Positions 27,432-36,798 of a DNA stretch of 64,000 nucleotides are shown here, piece after piece. The translations under genes were made by a program, and so were the position numbers. The stretch covers positions 98,070-162,069 of the forward strand of contig JBDHKN010000005.1 in assembly GCA_039586365.1 (NCBI GenBank). Reading direction: 5' to 3'. The notes below the pieces were generated by a model. That model ran no database searches. It had not been told where the DNA came from and worked only from the letters and a program-made list of their open reading frames with translations. This stretch comes from Gemmatimonadota bacterium. GTDB lineage: Bacteria > Gemmatimonadota > Gemmatimonadetes > Gemmatimonadales > GWC2-71-9. Numbering within the stretch: position 1 is the stretch's first letter; the number at the start of each line of letters is the position of its first letter.

Positions 27432-29630
27432 ATGCTAGCCCTGCCGCGTCGGCAAACAACTCGCACTCCCTACTGGCTGAGGTTCTCGCTCATTCTGGCC
27501 ACTTTGGGAGCGACTACTTCGGCATTCGTACTGATTGTGCTGCCGCGGCGGTTCGTGTTGAATGCGAATCTCATCGAGTCAGGCATTACGTTTCCGACCG
27601 GGACAATACCGTTCTGGCATCTAGGGCTGCGACACGTGATTCCGCCGACCCCGATCATCATACCCGAGCCGATCCTCCCAGGGCCCGCTGAAGTCTTCTG
27701 GAGTGAGGTTGTGCCGCTGCTCGACGCGGAGGCGTTCGAGCGTGCGCAACCAGTGTTCGAGCAGTACCTGGCGGAACATCCCGACGACATCGACGCTTGG
27801 CGGGATTACGCCGTGACACTACAGCGCCTCGGCCATTACGAAGCGGCGGAACAGATCTATCTGAGGCTGGTTGATACTTTCGGAGAGCCAACTGACAAGC
27901 TCGACTTGGCCAGACTGCTCCGTGATCAGGGCAGATTCGAGTCGTCGCTCACACTGTACCGCGAACTGGTGGCAGCGGATCCCTCGGATGTTGAGCTCCA
28001 CCATGAACTGACACAGACTCTCGTCTGGGCCGGGAATTACCGCGAAGCGACCTACGCATATCGGACCCTCATGACGGAGTCACCCGACGAGCAGCAATAC
28101 AGGTTGGAACTAGCTCAGGTGCTGTGGTGGGATGGTTACCCGGTGAACGCCCTCAAGCTTCTCCGGGCCTTTCCGAGTGACGCCCCGCAGGCTTCTGAAG
28201 CTGAGGTGTTGCGAGCGTACCTCGATTCGCTCCTGACTGCCGCACTGCCTCCCGGCGAGACACTGATTGAGCAGGCGCGGAGGGCCTTAGAGGTCCAGCA
28301 CTTCGAACAGGCCACCGCGCTGTATCGAAGAGCGATATTCCGCGATCCCGCTGATCCCGGCCTCTGGCTCGAATGGGCCGACTTCCAACAGCTTCACCTG
28401 CAGGATCTCGCCGCAGCGAGGGATGCACTCATCCACGTAGGAACACTGCGCAACCTGACGTCGACGGAGCGTTTTCGTCTGGCTCAGCTCTATTCGTGGA
28501 CTGGACAGGAAGAGGCTGCTGAGAGTGTGGTGCTCGCCCTATTGGAGGACGATCCGAACTACACAGAGGCTTGGGTGTTGCTGGGGGATCTATACTCGTG
28601 GCAAGGCCACCGAATCCAGGCGGCAAGAGCTTACCGCCAGGCCCTGGCAAGGGCTCCCACCAACGAGACAGCCCGGCTCGGGCTGGCCAGTGTCCGACAA
28701 CAGACTGCCGACGCTATTGTTGAGAGTGAGAGACCTCGGGCCGGGCCACAGGTTCTGCTGTTCCAGGACTCCGACGATTTCTTGCGCCTGGATGTCATGG
28801 CGACGGCTAGCCATGTGTGGTCCAACGCGAGCGCATTGGTGCGCAGCGGCTACCGTCGGATCGAGGGTGCGGCTCTTGACGGAACTCCAGCAACAGAGCA
28901 AGGGCCATTCTTGGAAGTGGAAATCGCACGCTGGTGGCGTTTGGGTACCGTTCGAACATCCTTGGCAACGGGATTGGAGAACTTCAATGATTCTGGCACT
29001 GAGCCCACCCTCGAAGTGGGGCTGGAAATGCCCGACATACACGGCACCTCTCTCACCGCCATCTACCGCCACGGAAGAGCCTTCCCTCAGGCAGTGACGC
29101 TTGAGAGCGTGTTAGGTGGCCTCTTAACCGAACAACTGGAAGCGTCCTTCTTCCGCCGATTGGACACCTCTTGGGATCTCAGTGGAGCCGCGTCCGTAGC
29201 AGCCTTACACGGTACCGATGAGAGCAACACACGCCTTCAACTGGCATTCACCACGCGGCGAGCGCTGACGCAGCATTTTAGTGCAGCCATAACGTCACAA
29301 GTCCTGACGTTCGGCGAGGCTGCCCCTGTTATTCAAGGCAGAAGGCTCTATTGGGATCCTGCGGTATTCTGGTCCAACGGGTTGCAGCTCGCGGTCAGCA
29401 GCCCAACCGACAACCCTCTACAGCTCAACGTCCGGATCACGCCAGGAATGGCACTGACGAAAGAACGGGCCGGCGGGTCTTTGGATTTGGTACCACAGCT
29501 CGGAACAGAGGCAGGCTTCGGGTACGAGACCGATCACATCGAGTTCCGCACCAACGTTATGTATTGGCAGGGCAGGGAAGGCGATTACAGCTCCTTTGGT
29601 GCGAACATAGCGTTCGCGATAAAGTACTAG
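27432..29630 (+). CDS. TPR-repeat protein with C-terminal putative beta-barrel (PgaA/BcsC-like export porin)
   Basis: N-terminal hydrophobic segment, many TPR-like helices, then alternating beta-strand pattern ending ANIAFAIKY (terminal aromatic). Confidence 0.72.
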   Translation: MLALPRRQTTRTPYWLRFSLILATLGATTSAFVLIVLPRRFVLNANLIESGITFPTGTIPFWHLGLRHVIPPTPIIIPEPILPGPAEVFWSEVVPLLDAEAFERAQPVFEQYLAEHPDDIDAWRDYAVTLQRLGHYEAAEQIYLRLVDTFGEPTDKLDLARLLRDQGRFESSLTLYRELVAADPSDVELHHELTQTLVWAGNYREATYAYRTLMTESPDEQQYRLELAQVLWWDGYPVNALKLLRAFPSDAPQASEAEVLRAYLDSLLTAALPPGETLIEQARRALEVQHFEQATALYRRAIFRDPADPGLWLEWADFQQLHLQDLAAARDALIHVGTLRNLTSTERFRLAQLYSWTGQEEAAESVVLALLEDDPNYTEAWVLLGDLYSWQGHRIQAARAYRQALARAPTNETARLGLASVRQQTADAIVESERPRAGPQVLLFQDSDDFLRLDVMATASHVWSNASALVRSGYRRIEGAALDGTPATEQGPFLEVEIARWWRLGTVRTSLATGLENFNDSGTEPTLEVGLEMPDIHGTSLTAIYRHGRAFPQAVTLESVLGGLLTEQLEASFFRRLDTSWDLSGAASVAALHGTDESNTRLQLAFTTRRALTQHFSAAITSQVLTFGEAAPVIQGRRLYWDPAVFWSNGLQLAVSSPTDNPLQLNVRITPGMALTKERAGGSLDLVPQLGTEAGFGYETDHIEFRTNVMYWQGREGDYSSFGANIAFAIKY

Positions 29631-29632
29631 CA

Positions 29633-30973
29633 ATGGCAGGAAAGATTCGTCCCATCGTCTCCATCCTGAGCACCACCACAGTAGTGTTAGCCACCGTGCT
29701 GTTCGTTTACTGGGCAATCCACTCGCCACTCCAGGTGCAGCGCTTCCTTGTGCGTCTAGTGCTGATCAGCCTGATCATCTTCCTGGCAATATTGTTCGCG
29801 CGGTATTTCGCACTCCTGTGGTTCAGCTATCTCCAGCATGCCGAGAAAGCGGCGAGGGGACGTGTTGAGAGTCATGATCTCCCACCAGTCTCGGTGGTCG
29901 TGCCGGCGTACAATGAAGCCAAGGTGCTTGATCACGCAATGGAAGCGTTGCTGAGACTCGATTATCCCACCTATGAGGTGATCATCGTCGATGATGGATC
30001 GATAGACGAAACCGTTGAGGTGGCACGGCAATGGGAAGGCCAGCATGGCGACGTCGCGGTCCGGGTGTTCACGAAGGCGAACGGAGGTAAGGCAACCGCA
30101 CTCAACGCCGGGATTGCACAGGCCCAGTACTCGTTTATCCTTTGCATGGATGCCGACTCTTGGATCGAGCCGCAGACCCTACACGTCGTAATGCCGCACT
30201 TCGAGGATCCATCTGTTGGCGCAGTGGCAGGCAACGTCAAGATCTTCAACCGGGACAACTTGCTGACTCGCCTGCAGGCTCTGGAGTACATTGAAGGTCT
30301 CAACATGCCGCGTCGTGCCCAGGGATTCCTGGGTGCCGTGAACGTAGTCCCGGGCCCAGTTGGCGTGTTCCGCCTGGAGGCTCTCCAAGAGGTTGGCGGA
30401 TATGATGCTGACACGTTTGCCGAGGATGCGGACCTGACGTTACAGCTCATCACCGCCGGATGGCGGATCATCTATGAGGACAGCGCAATAACTTGGACGC
30501 AAGGTCCGACCAACCTCATCGACCTCATACAGCAGCGCTATCGCTGGACTCGAGGAATCTTGCAGGCGGTGCGCAAACAGAAGTGGATTCTCCTTCAGCC
30601 ATTCCCGGACTTTCCGCTATGGGTCTCGGCGGTGGAGATGGCATTCGAGGGCGTTGTCTGGCCGGTCCTAAACGTCTATGCTCACCTGTTCTTCGCTATT
30701 GTCGCCCTTCTGTTCGGGATGGGGGAGCTGTTGTTGTATTGGTGGATTCTGCTGACACTGCTCGATCTGGTAGTGGCTCTGATCACGGTTTCGATGGAGG
30801 AGGAGTCCCTTTCCCTCGTACCGTTAGCTGTGGTGTACAGGTTCTTTTTCATACTGTTCCTGGACGTAACGAAAACCTTCGCTGCTGTGGAAGAAGCGCT
30901 GAACCTTGGGATGGATTGGGGGAAGTTGCGCCGAATCGAGCTGAGTCAGAGCACCCGTGCAGGGCAGCGCTGA
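29633..30973 (+). CDS. processive GT2 glycosyltransferase (PgaC/IcaA-like synthase)
   Basis: VPAYNE, DDGS, NGGKATALN, DAD, LQALEY, AEDAD, QRYRW; two N-terminal and several C-terminal TM helices; 446 aa, no PilZ extension. Confidence 0.88.
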   Translation: MAGKIRPIVSILSTTTVVLATVLFVYWAIHSPLQVQRFLVRLVLISLIIFLAILFARYFALLWFSYLQHAEKAARGRVESHDLPPVSVVVPAYNEAKVLDHAMEALLRLDYPTYEVIIVDDGSIDETVEVARQWEGQHGDVAVRVFTKANGGKATALNAGIAQAQYSFILCMDADSWIEPQTLHVVMPHFEDPSVGAVAGNVKIFNRDNLLTRLQALEYIEGLNMPRRAQGFLGAVNVVPGPVGVFRLEALQEVGGYDADTFAEDADLTLQLITAGWRIIYEDSAITWTQGPTNLIDLIQQRYRWTRGILQAVRKQKWILLQPFPDFPLWVSAVEMAFEGVVWPVLNVYAHLFFAIVALLFGMGELLLYWWILLTLLDLVVALITVSMEEESLSLVPLAVVYRFFFILFLDVTKTFAAVEEALNLGMDWGKLRRIELSQSTRAGQR

Positions 30974-31021
30974 CGAGCCGCTGCCCAACGTGACCACCAC
31001 ACCCAACGGACTGGTAGCCCA

Positions 31022-31237
31022 ATGTCTGTAATCGATCTCCTGATCACGATTATCGTCGTCACCATACTAGTAACAATCGCGTTGGGAGTGATGTCGTACC
31101 TCGCCTACAAACTGCGCCTGGCACGCCGTCCGAGCCAGCCGGAGGACGACATGGCTGAGAGCCGATACTTCGTGATCCATGAACCGCCGCTGGAGTCTGC
31201 GCCTGAAACCGAGGACACTAGTGTCGCCGAAACGTGA
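31022..31237 (+). CDS. small single-pass membrane protein (possible PgaD/IcaD analogue)
   Basis: 71 aa, strong TM helix followed by YKLRLARR and an acidic tail; directly after the GT2 and overlapping the next gene. Confidence 0.65.
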   Translation: MSVIDLLITIIVVTILVTIALGVMSYLAYKLRLARRPSQPEDDMAESRYFVIHEPPLESAPETEDTSVAET

Positions 31238-33107
31238 TCCCGTTCCCCGGGCACGCTCGCCCCTCCAGTGGTTGGGGGGAATTCTCATGCTCGGTGTGCT
31301 CGCGGCCGGAGTAGTCGCTGCAGGTGTGCGCCTTTGGCAGGACATCGATATTCAGAGACTCACGAGTAGCGCAGCCTTGGCGGAACCGCACACAGTGCCA
31401 GCCGCCCTCTTAACCAACGCACCAGCTGTAGCCCAACAGGATTACGAGGCGGCGTTGTTCCACTCTCATTCTAGCCGGGGGTTCTTTCCTGATTCACAGT
31501 ATTACCTAGACCAGCTTGACCAATGGGAACGACTCATTGCGGAGACTGGCGGGCGTGTAATTCGGGTATCTTCAGCCGCGGAAATCGAGGCGCTGTCGGG
31601 TGATGAGTTATTGGTCGCTACTTCCGCAGTGTGCCTGCACCGCAACGAAGTGAGGGCCCTTCGCAACCATGCCGAGCGGGGGGGCGGCTTGCTCGTGACC
31701 TGGGCGGCGGGCGCCCGTGACTCGAATTGCGAGTGGCTGGGGTGGGGCGCGCTCAGAACACTCACAGGAGCCACACAGATCCGTGAACTGCAGCAGCGAG
31801 AAGCTCTCTATTTCACGGTTCCCGCCGGCACACCTTTATCCCTCGGATTCGATCCCGGCACTCGAGTTGAGTTACGGTACGAAGCCCAACTCGCCGCCGC
31901 GACTAGCGGCCCCAGAGTATATTGGTCGGATTGGGCATTGAACGCAGCACCGGCGGATGCCAGCGAAGAGGTCCATGCGGCTGCCACCACCGGCTGGACC
32001 GAGAGGGGAGGGCGCATCGTCTGGTTCGGGTTCAGGCTGGGACATGGCGCTCGTTCAGAGGACGAAGAGCGAATGTCACTGCTGTTCTCAAACGGTCTGC
32101 GCTGGGCTGCCCAAATCCCCATGGCAGGGATCACTGCCTGGCCTGGTGGTTCCCGCTCCGCACTGATGATCTCCCAGGATGTCGAGTCCCAGTTCGGCAA
32201 TGCCGTAGCCCTGGCTGACCTGGCTAGGCGCAAGAGCGCCCCAGTCAGCTTCTTCGTCGTCTCGCAGATGGCACTGGACTTTCCGGAAGTTGCGGATTCT
32301 TTGAAACTGGCAGGCGAGATCGGCAGCCAGACCTCTGATCACACAATCTTGGCGGGCCTTGCCTACAACGATCTGCGTCCCCGTCTCAGCCGGAGCTGGG
32401 CAGAGATCCGTGGTTGGACCGGAGACTCGACATACGGATTGCATCCTCCAGAAGAGCGATTTGACGAGAACACGCTGAGAGCGTGGCGCGAAGTCGGCGG
32501 TACCTACGTGCTCGCCGTGAACGAGTCCCGAACTGCGAGCCCTGAGGTATTCGCCACACCAGCGGGTGAGATAGTGTTGCTGCCCAGGATACTAAAGGAC
32601 GACTACAACGTCTTCGTACAGGAAGGTGCACTCCGGTCTATGCGCCTGACCGAAGCATACCTCGAGGGTATGGCGAAAGCCAGAGCTTTGGGCGGTCTCG
32701 CCGTGATATCGACTCGAAGTCAGGTCGGCGGAGAACCCAGCAGAGTACGGGTGGTCGGCGAGGTGATCGACAGTGCTCAAGCGACAGGTGAATGGTGGAT
32801 AGCATCTGGAAGAGAGATAAGTGATTGGTGGCTCGCGCGCCGGGAGAGTGGCGTGCAGGTGCGTCGCACAGTGGGCGGCGGTGTGGAAATCACAGTCACC
32901 GCACCCATGAGAAACGCACTTGCTGGCGCGTGGCTCGAGATAATCCCCCCGGGATTCCCGGAGAATTGGCTGCCAACTACGAACGGCCAGCCTATCCAAT
33001 ACTTCGAGAGTGAGTGGGGAATCCGTATCCCCATCGAACAGTTGCTGGCTGGCGAGCAGGTTGTTTTTGTCGTGCGTCAGCAGGGTCCACAGACTCCAGG
33101 TGGCTGA
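31221..33107 (+). CDS. polysaccharide deacetylase (CE4/NodB-like) with extra N-terminal domain
   Basis: WPGGSRSALMISQDVE, PVSFFVV, EIGSQTSDH, GLHPP, WIAS..EISDWW; N-terminal TM anchor; GAGGA RBS before GTG 31221. Confidence 0.75.
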   Translation: MSPKRDPVPRARSPLQWLGGILMLGVLAAGVVAAGVRLWQDIDIQRLTSSAALAEPHTVPAALLTNAPAVAQQDYEAALFHSHSSRGFFPDSQYYLDQLDQWERLIAETGGRVIRVSSAAEIEALSGDELLVATSAVCLHRNEVRALRNHAERGGGLLVTWAAGARDSNCEWLGWGALRTLTGATQIRELQQREALYFTVPAGTPLSLGFDPGTRVELRYEAQLAAATSGPRVYWSDWALNAAPADASEEVHAAATTGWTERGGRIVWFGFRLGHGARSEDEERMSLLFSNGLRWAAQIPMAGITAWPGGSRSALMISQDVESQFGNAVALADLARRKSAPVSFFVVSQMALDFPEVADSLKLAGEIGSQTSDHTILAGLAYNDLRPRLSRSWAEIRGWTGDSTYGLHPPEERFDENTLRAWREVGGTYVLAVNESRTASPEVFATPAGEIVLLPRILKDDYNVFVQEGALRSMRLTEAYLEGMAKARALGGLAVISTRSQVGGEPSRVRVVGEVIDSAQATGEWWIASGREISDWWLARRESGVQVRRTVGGGVEITVTAPMRNALAGAWLEIIPPGFPENWLPTTNGQPIQYFESEWGIRIPIEQLLAGEQVVFVVRQQGPQTPGG

Positions 33108-33135
33108 ACGGGCGTTCCTACTGCCGGAACCAAAC

Positions 33136-33843
33136 CTAGCCAGCCGTCCTATGAAGTCTTTTGATCAGCCTAGGCACTTCCTCTATACTGCTTGCTCTGA
33201 GAAACCTGTACTGCTGGAGTACCTCGTCTGGCAGGACTTCATGCTGCCAAGGGGTCTCATACGGGACATGAATGGCGAGGCACCCAGCTTCCATCGCGGG
33301 TATGACATCGGATCTGAGGGAGTCTCCTACCATGACGAGTTGTTTGGGTTCGATCCTATTGCGTAAGGCGATCTGTGCGTAGATCGTCTTGTCCTTATCA
33401 CTGACGATCTCGATTTCTGAGAAACAATCACCCAAGCCCGAGCGGGCAATCTTGGATTCCTGGTCGAACAGGTCTCCCTTGGTGACCAAGACTAGTCTGA
33501 ACGAACGGGCAAGCTCGGTTATCGTCTCTGTAACCCCTTGCAGAAGTTGGACTGGGGCTGCCAGCATCTCTTTGGCGAGGGAGAGAATCTCGCCAATCTC
33601 GTCTCCCTTGATGCGACCCTCAGTGAGCTCGATTGCAGTTTCGATCATGGATAGCGAAAAGCTCTTTATGCCATAGCCGTAGTGACGCAGGTTGCGAAGC
33701 TCGGTCTCCGACAGCCTCTCGTCGATCCAAGCGGACGAATGATAGGAGGAGAGCAACTCGCGAAATCGTGTGGTGGTCCTAGCATACAGGGGCTCGTTGT
33801 GCCAGAGCGTGTCGTCTGCGTCGAAGGCGACTATCTCAATCAC
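33136..33843 (-). CDS. HAD family hydrolase
   Basis: FDADDTLWHNE, YGYGIKSF, VTKGDL, MVGDSLRSDV. Confidence 0.9.
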   Translation of the reverse strand: MIEIVAFDADDTLWHNEPLYARTTTRFRELLSSYHSSAWIDERLSETELRNLRHYGYGIKSFSLSMIETAIELTEGRIKGDEIGEILSLAKEMLAAPVQLLQGVTETITELARSFRLVLVTKGDLFDQESKIARSGLGDCFSEIEIVSDKDKTIYAQIALRNRIEPKQLVMVGDSLRSDVIPAMEAGCLAIHVPYETPWQHEVLPDEVLQQYRFLRASSIEEVPRLIKRLHRTAG

Positions 33844-33867
33844 GGGACTCTGACCACTATCATCACC

Positions 33868-34130
33868 TCAGTACCCCTTTCCTTCAAGGGTCACCTTGCC
33901 ACCGAATCGGCGATACACGTATAGAAAGTAGGCTGCTAACGCCACAAAAATATCTTCGCCCAAAAGCGAGCAGCTTGGTCGTGGTGTCTGCTGTCCCTTC
34001 GCACTGCGATCGTCTTAAGAATCACGATGACGAGCGCCAGACCCATCGTGAGTTGGAGAACCAAGCAGTTATGGGCTCCCGTGAAGGCGAAGCGAAGTCG
34101 ATGAACGGCAAGGACTTCAGCCATGAACAT
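33868..34130 (-). pseudogene. cydA: collapsed cytochrome bd oxidase remnant: CydA N-terminus joined to CydB C-terminus
   Basis: HRLRFAFTGAH..QLTMGLAL..ARFWAKIF then a stop at 33936; an overlapping shifted frame reads ALAAYFLYVYRRFGGKVTLEGKGY* ending at 33868. Confidence 0.75.
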
Positions 34131-34299
34131 CTCCCGGGTACATTCGGGCCGTTAGGTCTGCTTCCGTCCGCCCGTGACCCATTGGAACGGAACATAATGG
34201 CTGGACGCAGCGGGTGAAGATCCGGACACCAAGAGCATATGTGCCCACGGTTCGAGCTGGAGTGATGATGCCAATTCGGGCTCGGTCGCACTATCATCA

Positions 34300-34316
34300 C
34301 GCAAGCGGGGTGCCGG
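34300..34316 (-). promoter_or_regulatory. candidate sigma-54 promoter upstream of the cydA remnant
   Basis: Minus strand CCGGCACCCCGCTTGCG: GGCAC-N5-TTGC. Confidence 0.5.
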
Positions 34317-34415
34317 AGGCCAACTCCGAAGAAGCCAACTGGCATGTGAGGTGTAGATTACACGGTCCAACCGGAGGTGATCCAATGCAAGCGACCAACT
34401 CACGTCCCAACTACG

Positions 34416-36737
34416 ATGACGGACCGTAGATCGTTCATATCCATCCTCTCCGCTCTGGGAGGTTGGTTCGCTGCACCGGCATGGAGCAGAATAGGTAGCC
34501 CATATTTGAGCGTCGAAGCGTCCGCATCAATCTTCTACGCTCACCCTGATGGCCAACAATGTCTCGTGCGGTTCATAGCCGCGGGGATTGCCGCACAGGC
34601 TGGCCGACTACGTGTCTACGACGGAGCGCGTCGCCTCCTGGGAACAGCGGGGGTCCTGCGCCGAGACGACGGTCTATACGGAGAACTATGGTTACCCCTC
34701 TCTCAACCGACCATGATCGTGTCGGAACTCGAAGCTCCCGGCTTGCGTGGTCCAGTCAGGACAACTCACAGAATAGCACCTCCAAGGAGATGGACAGTGC
34801 ATCTCCTTACCCTCGTGGATCCCAATGTGCTCATGGACGAACTGCTGAGCCTGCGACCAATCTCGCGCGTAATGCAAGCCGCTGTGTACAGGAACTATGG
34901 TCTGCGAGCTAATGCACTACCAATATCGTTCGATATGGGCGGCTGGGACCATCTTTCGCTTATCAGTTCCATAGGTCCTCGTGTCAAGGAACTGAGTCGG
35001 CTCGGCATTACAACTGGACCTGCGGTGCTGGTGGAGGATCCGGGAGTACTGTCGAACACTGTGTCGCTACTGCTCGCCGGATCGGGCGTTCAACTTGTAA
35101 TCGTGCCCAACAGGAAGGATGCTTTCCGTTGGCTCGAAAGTCCGGATGGGACACAAATCCTCACTGTAGCGATACCTCCGGGTGGTACTCCGCAGGAACT
35201 TGGCTTCACGCAAACTCGCGGAGAGATGACCGCCCGGATCGAAGGATGGCTCACTACTTCTCCGCACTTTCTGCATTCAGCCTATGAACAGAGTGTGGCT
35301 CTAGTTCTCAACTCTATCGCCGGAGATGAACTGTCTGCAATCCATGCAGCCGTGTCCGACTGGAATACGCGCTTCGCCTATCCGAGCTTCAGAGTGGACG
35401 ATGTGGACGGCATTCTGGGCTCACTTCAGTTGGCGCGTGGAGCCGCTGTCCCTGTCACTAAACCGGAGCCGACACGACGCTCGAGCATCCCATCCTCTCT
35501 ACAGCTGCGGGACTGGAACCGCCAAAGATCGACCGCGGATGCGGCTCGAACTGACCACATGCTCGGTATCTTCGCAGGGCTAATGCAGCCGGGAGCGGCT
35601 GATTTGACCTCGATCACATCCCAAATCTCCGCCATCGTCCCGGGCACGGTTGTGTTCAACCCGTCACCGTTCTACCGCTCGGGTTTCGTGCGCCTCTTCG
35701 ACGGTAACGAACGGGTCGTCACCAACATCCCGGGGCTGGGGTACGCATACTTCCCCGACGACTCGAAGGCAGAAACCGGGAAATGGACAGCAACGGGGCA
35801 ACTTGATGAGGTACAAGGTCAGCGGATGCGTGTGAGACTGGATACAGTCTCGGGGGCGATTCGGTCTCTCACAGACCGATCAGACGGGCGCGAATTGGTC
35901 CGCGATGATTCGGCAGGACTGAATGCGGTGGATGCAGCTCGGCTCGATGGAATCGCCAGTTGGCGGCTGCCCAACATAGCCACCCGTCTCGAAGCGCAGC
36001 GGTGGTCGCCGGGTCGAGGTCCTTGGAAGACCACCGTGACCGCCTACGACCGGCTCCCGTGGATTGACATCGAGAACGATGCGGCGTCTAACGGTGACCA
36101 AAGTCTCACGTATCGGTTCGGGTTTGCCGTACCCGATCCACTTGTATCGTGGGAAGTGCCTTTGGGCCAGGAACAGTCCGGCACCCCGGTGGTTGGCTTG
36201 GAGCACCTGCGTTGGGTGCGTCTCGCTGGTGACTGGAACGCGATTCTCTTCAGGGGGTTCGACGCACCGCTCGCCTCGGTCGACGCAGCCGGGACTGTAA
36301 CTAGTCATGCACCCGCCGGGCTGGCCCGATACCGGCTAGGCCTGCAATCCCACGACGATAGCCCCGACCTCCCTTGGCAATTCGGATGGGCCACGATCCC
36401 CTTCGAGACCGCCAGGCTAGAGCCTGGCAATGGGGGTCCTCTGCCCACCTTTGGAGCGTTCCTGGAGATCGACCGAGTCGGAGTGGCCGTGCTGGGCTTG
36501 GTACCGACATTCGAGGAAGGCGCACTCATTCTCTACCTGCAGGAACTTCTGGGTGTCCCCCGAGACGTGTCCGTAAGCTGGGGCCTAATCCGCTTCGGGG
36601 TAGCCCAGCTTGTCGATTTCTTGGAACGGCCTAGCGGGGAACCCCTGCGACCCCGAAATGGTACTGTCACCGTACCTATTGCCGCCCGTGGCGTGACGGC
36701 TGTCCGGTTGGCCGCCCTGGAACCGAACCTCGACTGA
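34416..36737 (+). CDS. Tat-exported protein, distant GH38 alpha-mannosidase-like
   Basis: MTDRRSFISIL twin-arginine motif; RRWTVHLL, VVFNPSPFYRSG, IPGLGYAY, GAIRSLTDR..GRELV, LYLQELLG resemble GH38 scaffold segments. Confidence 0.55.
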   Translation: MTDRRSFISILSALGGWFAAPAWSRIGSPYLSVEASASIFYAHPDGQQCLVRFIAAGIAAQAGRLRVYDGARRLLGTAGVLRRDDGLYGELWLPLSQPTMIVSELEAPGLRGPVRTTHRIAPPRRWTVHLLTLVDPNVLMDELLSLRPISRVMQAAVYRNYGLRANALPISFDMGGWDHLSLISSIGPRVKELSRLGITTGPAVLVEDPGVLSNTVSLLLAGSGVQLVIVPNRKDAFRWLESPDGTQILTVAIPPGGTPQELGFTQTRGEMTARIEGWLTTSPHFLHSAYEQSVALVLNSIAGDELSAIHAAVSDWNTRFAYPSFRVDDVDGILGSLQLARGAAVPVTKPEPTRRSSIPSSLQLRDWNRQRSTADAARTDHMLGIFAGLMQPGAADLTSITSQISAIVPGTVVFNPSPFYRSGFVRLFDGNERVVTNIPGLGYAYFPDDSKAETGKWTATGQLDEVQGQRMRVRLDTVSGAIRSLTDRSDGRELVRDDSAGLNAVDAARLDGIASWRLPNIATRLEAQRWSPGRGPWKTTVTAYDRLPWIDIENDAASNGDQSLTYRFGFAVPDPLVSWEVPLGQEQSGTPVVGLEHLRWVRLAGDWNAILFRGFDAPLASVDAAGTVTSHAPAGLARYRLGLQSHDDSPDLPWQFGWATIPFETARLEPGNGGPLPTFGAFLEIDRVGVAVLGLVPTFEEGALILYLQELLGVPRDVSVSWGLIRFGVAQLVDFLERPSGEPLRPRNGTVTVPIAARGVTAVRLAALEPNLD

Positions 36738-36798
36738 GCAGTATTCCTCTGATTGAGCCGTTGCTTCACTGGCAGCAGTCAGCCACAAAAAGGAGCCC

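Noticed and set aside
29633..30973. Cellulose synthase BcsA
   Set aside because: Too short, no PilZ domain, and no bcsB or bcsZ; topology fits PgaC/IcaA better.
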